From an uncultured virus (IMG/VR IMGVR_UViG_3300048832_000103) (lineage: Duplodnaviria; Heunggongvirae; Uroviricota; Caudoviricetes), in the IMG/VR virus record IMGVR_UViG_3300048832_000103: a stretch of DNA of 64,000 bases. One strand, given 5' to 3'. Numbering within the stretch: the stretch's first letter is position 1; every line of letters starts with the position of its first letter. Shown in pieces: positions 52,858-63,018 of the stretch. The notes under the pieces were generated by a model, which saw only the letters and a program-made list of their open reading frames with translations, was not told the DNA's origin and did not search any database. The translations under genes were made by a program, and so were the position numbers.

Positions 52858-53136
52858 CTATTCCTCTTCAGGCGGCACCGTTCGCAGGTTGCCCTCGGAG
52901 TCGACCTTTAAACGTCGATTTTGGAGCATTGGATACACTCGGCCGTGGCCGAGCTCTCCTATATAGCAGCTCCCTACTATGACAATGTGCCAAGTTAAAT
53001 GGCATTCTGTGCAAAACGCTAAAAGGCTATCTCCGACCCTTCCAAGCAGTTGCAGGTCAGGGTCTTCATGACCGCATTCTGGGCAGATCGGCCAACAGGC
53101 GTCGGCTGGTTGCTGTTTTTTAGACATTGTTGTCAT
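52858..53136 (-). CDS. Zn-ribbon protein
   Basis: CPECG...CTEC. Confidence 0.6.
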   Translation of the reverse strand: MTTMSKKQQPADACWPICPECGHEDPDLQLLGRVGDSLLAFCTECHLTWHIVIVGSCYIGELGHGRVYPMLQNRRLKVDSEGNLRTVPPEEE

Positions 53137-53675
53137 TCTCCTTCGAGGCTTTCGAGCTCATCGAGCGCTTCGACGAGGCGCGTAAGAGACTGGATCTCGT
53201 GCTCGGGTCCGTAGGATACGTAAGGCTCCCCGCGAGCTTCACGTTGCAGGTTGGCGAGCACTGCGAGCTCGAGTTGATAGTCTCGAGATGCACTGAGCTC
53301 GGCCTGCCGGGGGTCGCTGTTCACGAGGTCTTCCCGCCGAGTTACCGCCTCGATTTCCTCGACGGTGTCGTCTTGCGGCGGCAGGGCCTCGGCAGGAACC
53401 TGCTCGACCTCGAGCACTGGCTCTGCCGGAATAGCTGGAATCGGTTCCTCACGAGCTTTGAAGCACTCGTCGCAATAGTCCGTGCGCGAGCCGTCCGAGT
53501 TACGCCCACCTTGCCAGCCAGGCGCAGGCAGACCGTCGAGGAACCATATCGACGGGATAGGCCCCTTCCACTGAGGGTCGTATACTGTATGCTCAATACC
53601 GCATAGGTCGCACTTGATGTGCGGCTTGCCGGGAACGCCGTTCAGTCTATCGTCTAAACCGCAGTGGTAACTCAT
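53133..53675 (-). CDS. Zn-binding hypothetical protein with acidic tail
   Basis: CDLCG...DYCDEC; start moved to MSYHC. Confidence 0.6.
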   Translation of the reverse strand: MSYHCGLDDRLNGVPGKPHIKCDLCGIEHTVYDPQWKGPIPSIWFLDGLPAPGWQGGRNSDGSRTDYCDECFKAREEPIPAIPAEPVLEVEQVPAEALPPQDDTVEEIEAVTRREDLVNSDPRQAELSASRDYQLELAVLANLQREARGEPYVSYGPEHEIQSLTRLVEALDELESLEGE

Positions 53676-53953
53676 GAAAAGTCTTATCCGCTTTCCGGTC
53701 CGCTTCGACCTCTTCAGGCGTGGGTACTCGATTCTCTCGCTGATAGGTGTTGAAGCCGCAGCAACACCCTTCGCCGGCACTTAGCGTTTTCGCACGAGCA
53801 GGGCTCCTCGCAATTATGTGGCAGCGCCAGCGCTCGCCGTTCCAAAATAGGTGTTTGCAATACGTTATAGGGTCAAACTCCCCATAACCGCACGGCCCTT
53901 TGCGACAACAATAATCAACCGCACCCGATGCAAGGTCTATTCAACTCTCGCAT
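53647..53953 (-). pseudogene. Frameshifted CxxCGxCC (Fe-S/Zn) protein gene
   Basis: MRELNRPCIGCG-TGA; continues in the +1 frame as (D)YCCRKGPCGYG...C...C...GEGCC. Confidence 0.55.
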
Positions 53954-53978
53954 ACGGGTGCAATTTCCTTTCTCTTTA

Positions 53979-54761
53979 TTAGTCAATTAAAAACCCATAC
54001 TTTCTTGCCAGTCTAGGCCCATCACTACTATATAGCGCTTTCCAAAGAAGGCGAACACTATTACCACCAAACTGAACGATATGGAATTTACTTTTACGTG
54101 TTAAACTGCCAACTTCCCGAAACGTTCGCCAGCACCAGTCCCGAAATCCGTCAATTACAGTGGGATGCTTTGCTATTTTGGCGCATAAACCGCCATTTTT
54201 CCTTCTATGAAAACACCCATCTCCATCAAACAAACCCCGATAATAATGACACTCTAAATCCTCTCTCAAACATATCCGCTGTGCCTTATATGTTTTCCGT
54301 GGGACAACCCCCCACAACAAAAGCTGACTAGCGATATCGGGTGCCGTTACGCGAAGCGATATCATTTCTGATACTAATCCAGATTTTCGACGACAACTTC
54401 TCGGTATAACTGGCCCAGTATATTGTATAAACGATGCTAATCCGTCAACAAGCTCTCTGTCCTTACTATGCAATTCGAGAGATACTAACCCTCTATCAGA
54501 CACGCTTCCATCCGCCGCAAGAAGACCTGCCCAGTACGCTGTTACAGGTTCGAAATGTTCAAACGCATCATGCCTATAAGTGTATTTTCTATTTCTATCA
54601 GAAATTGTTCTTCTTTCAACACCAGCTTTTTCTAACCATTTCCTGATAGTCTCGCCACTTACGCCAAAATCTCGCGCAATCCTTGAACAATGCTCTCCAC
54701 GCTCATACCTTTGTATGATTTCTTGTACGTTAGTAAGCTCAAACTCGGACGACGAAATCAT
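53979..54761 (-). CDS. Free-standing LAGLIDADG homing endonuclease with N-terminal HTH
   Basis: AYWAGLLAADGSV and YYRGLFDGDGCF; IARDFGVSGETIRKWL. Confidence 0.9.
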   Translation of the reverse strand: MISSSEFELTNVQEIIQRYERGEHCSRIARDFGVSGETIRKWLEKAGVERRTISDRNRKYTYRHDAFEHFEPVTAYWAGLLAADGSVSDRGLVSLELHSKDRELVDGLASFIQYTGPVIPRSCRRKSGLVSEMISLRVTAPDIASQLLLWGVVPRKTYKAQRICLREDLECHYYRGLFDGDGCFHRRKNGGLCAKIAKHPTVIDGFRDWCWRTFREVGSLTRKSKFHIVQFGGNSVRLLWKALYSSDGPRLARKYGFLID

Positions 54762-55006
54762 TACTTCTTAACCTTTTTGTTGACCGACTCCCAACCAGAG
54801 CAAATACCAGACCCGCAAGTGTAAACGATAACCTCTCGAGGGAAAAACTCGTTCGGGTCATAGTGGCTTCTAAGCTCGCACTTCCAATAGTGACCTTTGT
54901 AGCCGAAATCCATCAAAACCGTGCCGCTGTGCTCGTCTTCGCTTATATGCTTACAGCTTTCGCAGGTCTTGCCTCTCGGGTGTAAAACGTCAACGGCCAT
55001 GGTCAA
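54761..55006 (-). CDS. Cys-containing hypothetical protein
   Basis: CESCKH..C..C..W. Confidence 0.55.
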   Translation of the reverse strand: MTMAVDVLHPRGKTCESCKHISEDEHSGTVLMDFGYKGHYWKCELRSHYDPNEFFPREVIVYTCGSGICSGWESVNKKVKK

Positions 55007-55314
55007 TCGTCCTTCACAGTCCCAAAGATTCGGTATGACTCGATCTCGGTAGCCTTGTCCTTGAAAGGCCCTTCGACCATCGCGTCAGGAATGAACGTCA
55101 AGGCCTCGGCAACCTGATCGCCGAGCTGCGTCGAAACCTGCACGAGCACCCCGCGACCTTCGATGTTCATGGCCTTTGTTGATTTCATCCACTGGTGCTG
55201 ATCAGAAAAAACTTTTGAGATGAGCTTCCAGAGGTCTGGATTGCCAATTATTTTTACAGTGCTATCTAGCTCCTTGGCGTCATTGGTGTTTTTTGCGTTC
55301 ACTTGCTTTACCAT
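55003..55314 (-). CDS. Conserved phage hypothetical protein
   Basis: WMKSTKAM.I...G.LVQVSTQ...VAEALTF.P motif. Confidence 0.7.
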   Translation of the reverse strand: MVKQVNAKNTNDAKELDSTVKIIGNPDLWKLISKVFSDQHQWMKSTKAMNIEGRGVLVQVSTQLGDQVAEALTFIPDAMVEGPFKDKATEIESYRIFGTVKDD

Positions 55315-55317
55315 TGG

Positions 55318-56373
55318 TCACTCCTTTATGTGTTCTATCTGCAAAGCGCATGCTCCACAGGTTGTGCAGGCGCCGTAAATCCCAGCCTCTTCAGGCAGGT
55401 CGATCACGGTGTCAAGAATCCACGACGAGCCCTGTGGGCAGGCACAGCGCCACGCTAAGAGCGGCCGCGAAGACCTCGAGATCAAGAGGAGCTGTTCCTT
55501 GTCGCGGAAGAACTTGACCACGAATCTATCGAAAACAGATTCGCCCGGTAGCAAGAGCAACCGCACCGCGGCATGACCTTCCCCACGGGCAATCAGGCGC
55601 ATGTAGACCGGAACTCTGCTCAAATCTCCCCAAATCGAGCCTTGAGCTCCAGGCCGAGCGCTCCCACGGGTATCCTCGGCAAGCTCAAAGAGCGCTTGAT
55701 ACTCGCCAACTTGCTCCATGGGGAGAATCTCCGCGAGGAGCTCGAGGTCGACGGGCAACCGCTCGACGAGCAGGCGCTCTTCCTGCCATTGTCGCTGAGC
55801 GGCCTGGGCCTTGCCGGCCGGTGTCCAGCCGCCCTTGTCCCGGCGAATCTCCCCTCGAGGTACTTCGGGCAGGGGCTCGACGGCGCCGAAGGCTAGAGCG
55901 GCCTCGCATTCGTCCTTGCCACAGCTCTTTGGTGGCACGGCCACGCCGCCCGTTCCATAGAAGAACTTCTTCGCAGGGATGAGCTCTTGGCAGACCGGGC
56001 AAAGCACCTCGGGCGCAACCACTCGAGGTCGGTGCGCGGGCTTGATGGGCTCGTTCACGCGGCCAAGCTCCACGACGAGCTTTTTCGCGTCGCAATGGAA
56101 GTGAGCGGCAAGAGCCTCGAGGCTTTCCCCATCGCGATACCTCTGAACAAGCTCGACGAGCTGGTCTGGCGTGAACTGGTACTTGTTGGGTGGAGGTCGG
56201 CGTATTGGCCTATCAGGGCTCCCAGTGATGCCGAGCTCGCGACAGACGACCTTGACCACGGTAGACCAGACCACACCAGTCTTGCGGGCAATGTCCGGGC
56301 CGGTGTGACCCGTCTCGTACAGTTCAACGATTTCGTCGATTTGCTCGCGTGTTAAGTGAACTCCACTAGGCAT
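55318..56373 (-). CDS. Tandem-HTH and Zn-finger protein
   Basis: IVELYETG....DIARKTGV and LVQRYRDGESLEALAAHF; CPVC and CTTCG. Confidence 0.7.
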   Translation of the reverse strand: MPSGVHLTREQIDEIVELYETGHTGPDIARKTGVVWSTVVKVVCRELGITGSPDRPIRRPPPNKYQFTPDQLVELVQRYRDGESLEALAAHFHCDAKKLVVELGRVNEPIKPAHRPRVVAPEVLCPVCQELIPAKKFFYGTGGVAVPPKSCGKDECEAALAFGAVEPLPEVPRGEIRRDKGGWTPAGKAQAAQRQWQEERLLVERLPVDLELLAEILPMEQVGEYQALFELAEDTRGSARPGAQGSIWGDLSRVPVYMRLIARGEGHAAVRLLLLPGESVFDRFVVKFFRDKEQLLLISRSSRPLLAWRCACPQGSSWILDTVIDLPEEAGIYGACTTCGACALQIEHIKE

Positions 56374-56648
56374 TAGCGCTTGATCCTTATTGATTCCTTG
56401 ACGGTGTCAAGGAGCTGTGACTCGACACACGAGCCGAGGCATGCTTGCAAGGTTGCCGAGCAGCTCTTATTTACGATTTCGATTTCGGCTATATGTTCCT
56501 TGAGAGCTTTTATTTCCGCTTCGAGGGTTTGAATTTTCTTAAGCTTTTCGTCGCCTTTGATAGCGGAAACCATTGTTAGGAACATTAGTGCTGCAACCGC
56601 CAGCATATAAAAGATTGCTACCATACGCCCGTTCGAAAAATTTATCAT
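56373..56648 (-). CDS. TM plus coiled-coil protein
   Basis: MVAIFYMLAVAALMFLTMVSA followed by heptads. Confidence 0.55.
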   Translation of the reverse strand: MINFSNGRMVAIFYMLAVAALMFLTMVSAIKGDEKLKKIQTLEAEIKALKEHIAEIEIVNKSCSATLQACLGSCVESQLLDTVKESIRIKR

Positions 56649-56687
56649 TTTTTCGCCTTTTTTAGCTCGCGAGCCTTTCCCTATCAC

Positions 56688-56728
56688 GACAAATAGGTAT
56701 TTGTCAAGAGGCGGTTTACATTGTAAAC
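56688..56728. promoter_or_regulatory. Two palindromic operator-like sites overlapping a minus-strand TTGACA
   Basis: GACAAATA-GG-TATTTGTC (56688-56705) and GTTTACA-T-TGTAAAC (56714-56728). Confidence 0.5.
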
Positions 56729-56837
56729 AGCAAAAAAGCGTGTGAACGCTAATCGAGCGTTTGGCTCAAAATTCGCGAAAAAGGGGGTTTGGTTGTTTTG
56801 AACGCGCTTTGACCAGGTTTTTGGGGAGCTTGACCGA

Positions 56838-58844
56838 CTAGTCGGGAAGGCATGCTAAACGACGTACTTGAGAATAAGCCCAGTTAAAAAGCTGTGGTTT
56901 GGTAATATTGGTTGGCATACGCTCAGTAATGCCAAGCTCATAACCGGCAGGACAATCCTGAGCAAACACAATCGAACCACGTTTGAAGTAAAGGTACAAA
57001 GAAATAACACCGGCATGCTGGCAAGCGATAACAAATGCCTCATTCACCGCTTTACTCGTTTCTTCAATTAGCCACTTTTCACTTTCTTGATGATTCATGA
57101 CAACGCCCCTTTCAGTATCGCGGAAACAATCCGCTTGTCTTCGGCCGTAGCATTGCGCAGCTTTTCGGCCAGTAACTCGGACAGTTCTGCCACTTCCGGA
57201 TCGAGGTTATTCTCTAGCATCGCATGGACCTTTTCAGTAGCGGTCAAAATAGCGTTCCCTGCTACGTAGCAGATTTCGTCTCGGTAGCGCGTTAACATTC
57301 CTTCAAGTAGCTCATGCTTAGTCTTAGGGAACCCGTGAAAATCGGGATAGTCCACTTCGCTAGCGGCTAGGTCGATGTCTTCGCACGCCATTTCCAGCGC
57401 TCCACGTACTATGTGATCTTTTAGTAGCGTCATTGTCCGTCCCTTTCCATGCAGAAATGATCAATAATTTGCCACGGCACAAGCTCAATATGCACAGAAT
57501 ATTCATCAAAGTTTTCGGTTTCACTTTGATGCTTCATAGTCCAAACGCTAATCCTGCCACTTGATACAGAATAAAAGCTTTGACCAGGCGCAAACGCGCT
57601 AGCTAATCTCAAAACCTGCAAAAAAATATCGTTGACACTAGGAACATGCATACCGTGGTTGCTAGTCCATTGCCAGTTATTCGCCTCGAAAATTGGCTGA
57701 ACTTTTTCAGCAAACTCATACGCTCTGCTTTTGATTGTCTCGCACGTTCTATTTAATTCTTCCTGGTCCATTGGTTTAGTCATTTTCCTCTATCCTTTCG
57801 TTGTCTCGTTCTATCATTCGTCGTTCTGCCTCTAATTCAAGTTCCTCGCACAATCGAGCGCGAAAATAGCTCCATTCCTGGGAATAGCTCATTCCTCGAG
57901 TATGTTCCAAAATATCTTTGTTCAATGGGTATTTAACTTTCATCGGTTTTTCACCTCTCATTCCACAATTCAGGATCGCCGTCTAATTCCCAGTATGCGC
58001 AAACCCAATGACCAGCATCGACCATACGATGGTCTGTTTTTGTGCATACCGCGAATTTCATGGGCGGAGTCAATGAATGGATACAATTTGCACAGCTAGC
58101 ACGTTGCCCGAATTTTTTTAGAATTGCTTGTCCCACTTTCGACAGTCTATCTACTTCCATTGTTTTTCCCTTTCATTTAAAATTCACGGCCACTGGTCCA
58201 AACCCGTCAAATCCCTAGCGAATTCCTTTTTTCCTTCTTTGGTCAACCGAGAAAGAATTTTATCACATATCCGATAAAAAAGAACCATATCAGATTCGAA
58301 TTCACGAGTCAGTGTTTCAATCAATAACTCCCTGTCATTGATTTTGGCATACTTGTCTCTAATTGCCTTTTCTCGTTCTAATTCAGTGTTCATTTGTTAT
58401 TCCCTTTCCCTTTCGTTTTTTTCGTTTCTCGATCTCGCTTCACTGCCCAAGTATTTGGGCAGTGATACCAGATCAAGAAGCGTACTCGAATCGAGCACAA
58501 AACACTGTCTCACCATCCTTAATGTCATGAACGTCTAAATTGATTTGTTCACATTCATCGGAATCGGTAAACGCTAGTTGTTCCTCGGTATATTCATCGA
58601 AATATGTCGAATCGGTATCTCCCGGTTTAAGAGTTAAAAAACCTAGAAGTGAAAGCAAACATTCATCGGAATCAATAGCAACGCGAGCTGAGCAATAAAA
58701 GTCACGGCCAGCGAATAAAATGGACCCGTCCGAATTACAAAATTCATATCGTAGCATTGACTTATTGTCCCTAACTTGATACGTATCCCATAACTCTAAG
58801 GTCATTCCCGTTTCGATATGCCTTACTTTCCTTAGCTTTTCCAT
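56838..58844 (-). CDS. Run of seven small AT-rich hypothetical genes (56838-57098, 57095-57433, 57430-57783, 57776-57961, 57951-58160, 58184-58393, 58473-58844)
   Basis: Tightly packed ORFs with purine-rich RBSs; no recognisable families. Confidence 0.6.
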
Positions 58845-59156
58845 TTCTTTGCCTCTTTCTTTCTCAAAATCGCCGTTTTTGTTTCCCGCAAAAACGGTTA
58901 CTATATATGAGACATAATATAACCCAAAAAATTCACAAAAAATAGTAAAAAAGTATATCTCACAATATACTGTGACAATTTTGACATACTAAACAACGTT
59001 TCAGTGATAGTATTTCACAAGTTTAGATATACTGTAATAAAAAATAGTTAGGGATATTCTTTTTTGTTGAATTTTATCAGATTCGGGATAGTCTCAATAA
59101 TGGAAACAGTAGTTTCGGGAAACGTGGGAATGTTTCCCCCAAGAAAGAGGCACAAC
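58845..59156. promoter_or_regulatory. AT-rich divergent control region
   Basis: ORF-poor and very AT-rich; gene direction switches here. Confidence 0.55.
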
Positions 59157-59504
59157 ATGAGGGAAAAGAAGAAAGAGGAAATCAAAAACCTAGACGATCT
59201 GATCAGATCAGAGGGTTTTTCCGCGTTCGATGCAGATCGGCGTGGAAATCAAATGTTCCTCGACGATCCTGAACGAGCTGATCGCTGCTATGACGCGGCA
59301 GAAAATGGGTCAGACGGATCGACTCATGCCGAAATAATCCAAGACTGGCGCGATTATCTCGGAACTTTGCGAGTAATTGATCCTGAATTCCCGGAAGAAA
59401 ACGGCGACATTACCGAAACGGTGCTCGATCTAATCGTTTCGGAAATTGACGCATGCGAAGAATGGCACGCGAAAAACGGATCGCTACATAAACAGCTCGG
59501 ATGA
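59157..59504 (+). CDS. Acidic hypothetical protein
   Basis: GAGG RBS; start moved to 59157. Confidence 0.65.
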   Translation: MREKKKEEIKNLDDLIRSEGFSAFDADRRGNQMFLDDPERADRCYDAAENGSDGSTHAEIIQDWRDYLGTLRVIDPEFPEENGDITETVLDLIVSEIDACEEWHAKNGSLHKQLG

Positions 59505-59519
59505 AAAGGACGACACAAA

Positions 59520-60137
59520 ATGAAAACATTGACCCGCGAATTTTACATAGCGAAAAACAGCAAAATAGTAGCATCGCCAGACATACCGCAAGAAAAGGCG
59601 GTATGTTACATAATCGAACAAAATGGTAAAGCTCTAGTTCAGTTTTTTGTCGGCAAACAATCAAAACCGTCAAAATATTTGGCATATCGTGACTTAAACA
59701 GCGCGACAAAGGCAATTGAGGCGTTTTATCAAAACATGCTTGATGTTATTGAATATAAAGAACGGCAAAAACAGGAACAAAAACAAGCAAAGATAAATGC
59801 AAAAGCCAATTTCGCGGGTGTTCCTGGGTCTGTTTTTGTTGCGTCATGGGGTTATGAACAAACGAACGTCGATGCATATCAAATGACTCGGCGCATCAAT
59901 AACCAAACAATCGAAGTGGTTGAAATTGGATTTGAATCTATTCCAAGGGAAGGCCTTTCTCCCATGGCCGAAAATGTTCGACCGATCCCAATATCGGCCG
60001 AAGTAGCAGCGACAAAACCCAAGCTTTTGGCCAGAATCGCGGCAGAAAACAGAATTCAGGTTACCGGAAAAAATAGTTCGGGCAATGCCGATTTATGGGA
60101 CACAAAAGAGGTGTACTATCATTCGTGGTACGCATGA
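59520..60137 (+). CDS. Phage hypothetical protein
   Basis: G.VFVASWGYEQTNVD.YQ motif. Confidence 0.7.
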   Translation: MKTLTREFYIAKNSKIVASPDIPQEKAVCYIIEQNGKALVQFFVGKQSKPSKYLAYRDLNSATKAIEAFYQNMLDVIEYKERQKQEQKQAKINAKANFAGVPGSVFVASWGYEQTNVDAYQMTRRINNQTIEVVEIGFESIPREGLSPMAENVRPIPISAEVAATKPKLLARIAAENRIQVTGKNSSGNADLWDTKEVYYHSWYA

Positions 60138-60160
60138 CAGCGAACAGAAAGGAGCAAAAA

Positions 60161-60403
60161 ATGGGTAATTTGATTGGACATCAACACAAAGCAATCAAAA
60201 GCAGGCATGTTTGCTTCATCAATTGTGTAAATCCGCACAACTGCAACGAAGTGGCTCATGGAGGTATCTGCATCATTGAAACCTGTTCGTGTAAAGCCGA
60301 GCGCTACACAAACTCAAATCAAGGGCGTTTGGAAATAGGAAAATGGTTTGATGCAGAACCAACACAATTCGACGAAACGAGCCATTACAAATGCGTGCTA
60401 TGA
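60161..60403 (+). CDS. Cys/His-rich hypothetical protein
   Basis: AAGGAG RBS; AHGGI...ETCSC.A.R.TN.N...E. Confidence 0.6.
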   Translation: MGNLIGHQHKAIKSRHVCFINCVNPHNCNEVAHGGICIIETCSCKAERYTNSNQGRLEIGKWFDAEPTQFDETSHYKCVL

Positions 60404-60416
60404 AAGGATCAAAAAA

Positions 60417-61220
60417 ATGAAAGAGCGTAAAGTTTTCATTGAATTCGATTTCCAATCTGGCCAAATCAGTATCGGCGAGGACTGGTGTGGCAATGGTCGA
60501 CCAATGCTTGAGCATAGCGGGATGATATATCGCCACGATATCGGCAAGTACCTATCAATTGGAGATCAAGAAGAAGCGGAATCCAATATTTCGGCCGAGC
60601 AACGCGCTGAATTCGCTCGACTTTGGGAAAGTGGCTTTGAAACTTATCATAATAATGGCCACATAAAAGGGCGTATAGGTGAAGAACTAGGCAATTTTAT
60701 TGAGGCTTTGTGCGAAGAAATTGACGAAGATATGCGTTGTAATACCTTGCCCGGACTATTACATATTGTCGATGCTCATGACGTGCTGGACAAAGATATG
60801 GTAATATCCTACGGTTTAACTATGCTTTCGACAGACCGAGAAATTGAAAAACTGGCCGAGGAAATCGACCAAATAGGCACAAGCGATTTCCATCAAGATA
60901 TGCAATACACTGAGCAGTGTTTGCGCGATTATCGCGTAACACTCCGCGAAAGTTACGAAGAAAAAATCGCGTGGATTGTTACCAATGATTCAAACATTTT
61001 GAAAGTTTGTGACGATTTTGACTCTGCCATAGACGCAGCGCAAGAGCTAGCCGAGGAACAAGCAACCACGGAAGAACTCGAAACCCTTGAACGTTGGGGC
61101 GATGATATGGCCACAGGTTGGGGCGTTTGCCCCGTCAATGATACTGGCGGTTACTGGCCACAGGTTCACTGTGAATACAAAGGCAAGCGCATTGAGCGTT
61201 TACCATGGGAAAGGGGCTAA
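60417..61220 (+). CDS. Acidic hypothetical protein
   Basis: Long ORF with AAGGA RBS. Confidence 0.65.
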   Translation: MKERKVFIEFDFQSGQISIGEDWCGNGRPMLEHSGMIYRHDIGKYLSIGDQEEAESNISAEQRAEFARLWESGFETYHNNGHIKGRIGEELGNFIEALCEEIDEDMRCNTLPGLLHIVDAHDVLDKDMVISYGLTMLSTDREIEKLAEEIDQIGTSDFHQDMQYTEQCLRDYRVTLRESYEEKIAWIVTNDSNILKVCDDFDSAIDAAQELAEEQATTEELETLERWGDDMATGWGVCPVNDTGGYWPQVHCEYKGKRIERLPWERG

Positions 61221-61222
61221 AA

Positions 61223-61441
61223 ATGGGTAAATACAAAGTGGTAGGAGTCACGGAAGAAGACTACATGGAAATGACCGAGTCATACATGGGTTTTTGCCCG
61301 GATTGCGGTGATTTTACACGAGACACCACAGAGCCGGACGCAGAAAATTACGATTGCCCGGACTGTGAGAAAAACAACGTGGTTGGCGCTGAACAAGCGC
61401 TCTTACTGGGACTAATTGACATAACGGAAAGCGAGGAATAG
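61223..61441 (+). CDS. Zn-ribbon protein
   Basis: GFCPDCG....EPDA.NY.CP.C..N.V.GAE. Confidence 0.7.
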   Translation: MGKYKVVGVTEEDYMEMTESYMGFCPDCGDFTRDTTEPDAENYDCPDCEKNNVVGAEQALLLGLIDITESEE

Positions 61442-61597
61442 CACTGGCGCAACCATGAAAAACAGAGCGGCAACCTTGCCGCTCGAAACGAATCATCGAA
61501 CGAGCTGTGCAACTCACGCCTCTTGCTGCACGACTATTCCCACGTTCGATGGTTCGTTTCGAGTAACAAGGGAACTCGACAACAAAAGAGGTAACCA

Positions 61598-62230
61598 ATG
61601 GCGCGACGAAAAGACCCGGTAGAAAAATGGCTCGAGCTAGCATTGAGCGAAGACACAACAAGACCGACCCTACTAAAACCGTTTTTTTCAAAAGACGACA
61701 AAAACATGGTTGGCGCTACAGATGGACACCGGTTACATCTAACTACCACTAAAATGTACGCTAAAGAAATACGCGAAAATGACCCAGTGTATACAGACAT
61801 GTTTTTCAAGCCACAACATGGATTTGAGCATGTAAAAACATTTAGTCGGCTAGCATTATTGAACGACATTGAAACCTTGGTTAGTAAAACACTGAACGAG
61901 AAACTAGTCGAACAATTGGCAGAACTAAACAAAGCGCAAGAGTCATTTAAAGAAGACAAAAACTTTCACACGCGAACAGTGCTCGAAAATGAACTAAAAA
62001 CTACGGCAACCATTCTTCGAGCATACCGCAATCCGGTAAACCTGGTATCTTTGAAAGAGTTCATAGATTCAGATATTGTCTTGAATGAGCGCTATCTACT
62101 CGAAGCGCTATCTTACGATGGACCAAAATCGACTAGGATCAAAATTCAAGCAAACGGACCGCTCGATCCTGTGATCATTGGATACCTAGACTTTCCACTT
62201 GCGGCATGTATAATGCCGATGCGACACTAA
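61598..62230 (+). CDS. Beta-sliding-clamp-like fragment protein
   Basis: VGATDGHRLH, LNERYLLEAL, P..I and C-terminal IMPMR, all DnaN-like motifs. Confidence 0.6.
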   Translation: MARRKDPVEKWLELALSEDTTRPTLLKPFFSKDDKNMVGATDGHRLHLTTTKMYAKEIRENDPVYTDMFFKPQHGFEHVKTFSRLALLNDIETLVSKTLNEKLVEQLAELNKAQESFKEDKNFHTRTVLENELKTTATILRAYRNPVNLVSLKEFIDSDIVLNERYLLEALSYDGPKSTRIKIQANGPLDPVIIGYLDFPLAACIMPMRH

Positions 62231-62244
62231 CGAAAGGAAAAAAA

Positions 62245-62616
62245 GTGGCTAAAGTACGACTTTTATTGAGGAAAATGTTGAAAGACGGTCAAGTGGTTGA
62301 CTTGGTTGATGCGTGGACGGCAAATCTGCGCGCAAAGATCGAGGCGCACGATTTTGGGGACGTCGAACCGTATATGGTGGCAGTAGCTCACGCCTCGGTA
62401 TACCGACACACGCGGTGCATGGCCGAGCTATCCGCAGACGAAGGCGTGATTTTCCCGCCGGTCATTCCTCGGAAAGTAAGAGAGCCGCTAATGCGAGTGC
62501 TCAATGAAGCGATAGACGTCTGCGACGGGGCAAACTTGGGCAGGCAGTACGCCCGTGCAAAGAAGCACGGAACGTGGCCACCACCACCAGAAACGTGGAT
62601 AAAAAAAGAACCATGA
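62245..62616 (+). CDS. Hypothetical protein
   Basis: AAGGA RBS plus GTG. Confidence 0.55.
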   Translation: MAKVRLLLRKMLKDGQVVDLVDAWTANLRAKIEAHDFGDVEPYMVAVAHASVYRHTRCMAELSADEGVIFPPVIPRKVREPLMRVLNEAIDVCDGANLGRQYARAKKHGTWPPPPETWIKKEP

Positions 62617-62629
62617 AAGGGGACAAACG

Positions 62630-63016
62630 ATGAAAAAGCTGCACTGGCTCGTGATTGTGCTCGCATGCTGCATGCCACCATGTTTGTGGACTGCTTGTGA
62701 ACAAGCAGACGAAAACGAAGAAGCACAAGAAGATTGCGCCACGTGGCAGGAAGTGTACAACGGATGCGAAGCGGTCTATGAAACGGCAGTAGCAGAGTGG
62801 CGCTGGTGCACAGAAACCTATGATATGCCTGCCGGTAAGGTCGAAATGGTTTGGAACGTGTTGCCAGTGTTCCAGCAACTCTGTGAATCGTATGGGGCAA
62901 ACAATTGCGTGGACGTGAACAACTATGAGACCTGTATCGACAGCGGCATAAAATGCAGTCCTGAACTAGTCGATATGACCCTATCACCTATCTGCATGCA
63001 AGTTCTAGAAGACTAG
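62630..63016 (+). CDS. Putative Cys-rich lipoprotein (possibly superinfection exclusion)
   Basis: MKK plus hydrophobic segment and (WTA)C; acidic, Cys-rich mature part. Confidence 0.55.
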   Translation: MKKLHWLVIVLACCMPPCLWTACEQADENEEAQEDCATWQEVYNGCEAVYETAVAEWRWCTETYDMPAGKVEMVWNVLPVFQQLCESYGANNCVDVNNYETCIDSGIKCSPELVDMTLSPICMQVLED

Positions 63017-63018
63017 GC

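Noticed and set aside
53979..54761. LAGLIDADG as part of an intron or intein
   Set aside because: It has its own coupled start and stop, with no splice-junction residues or group I core in the flanks
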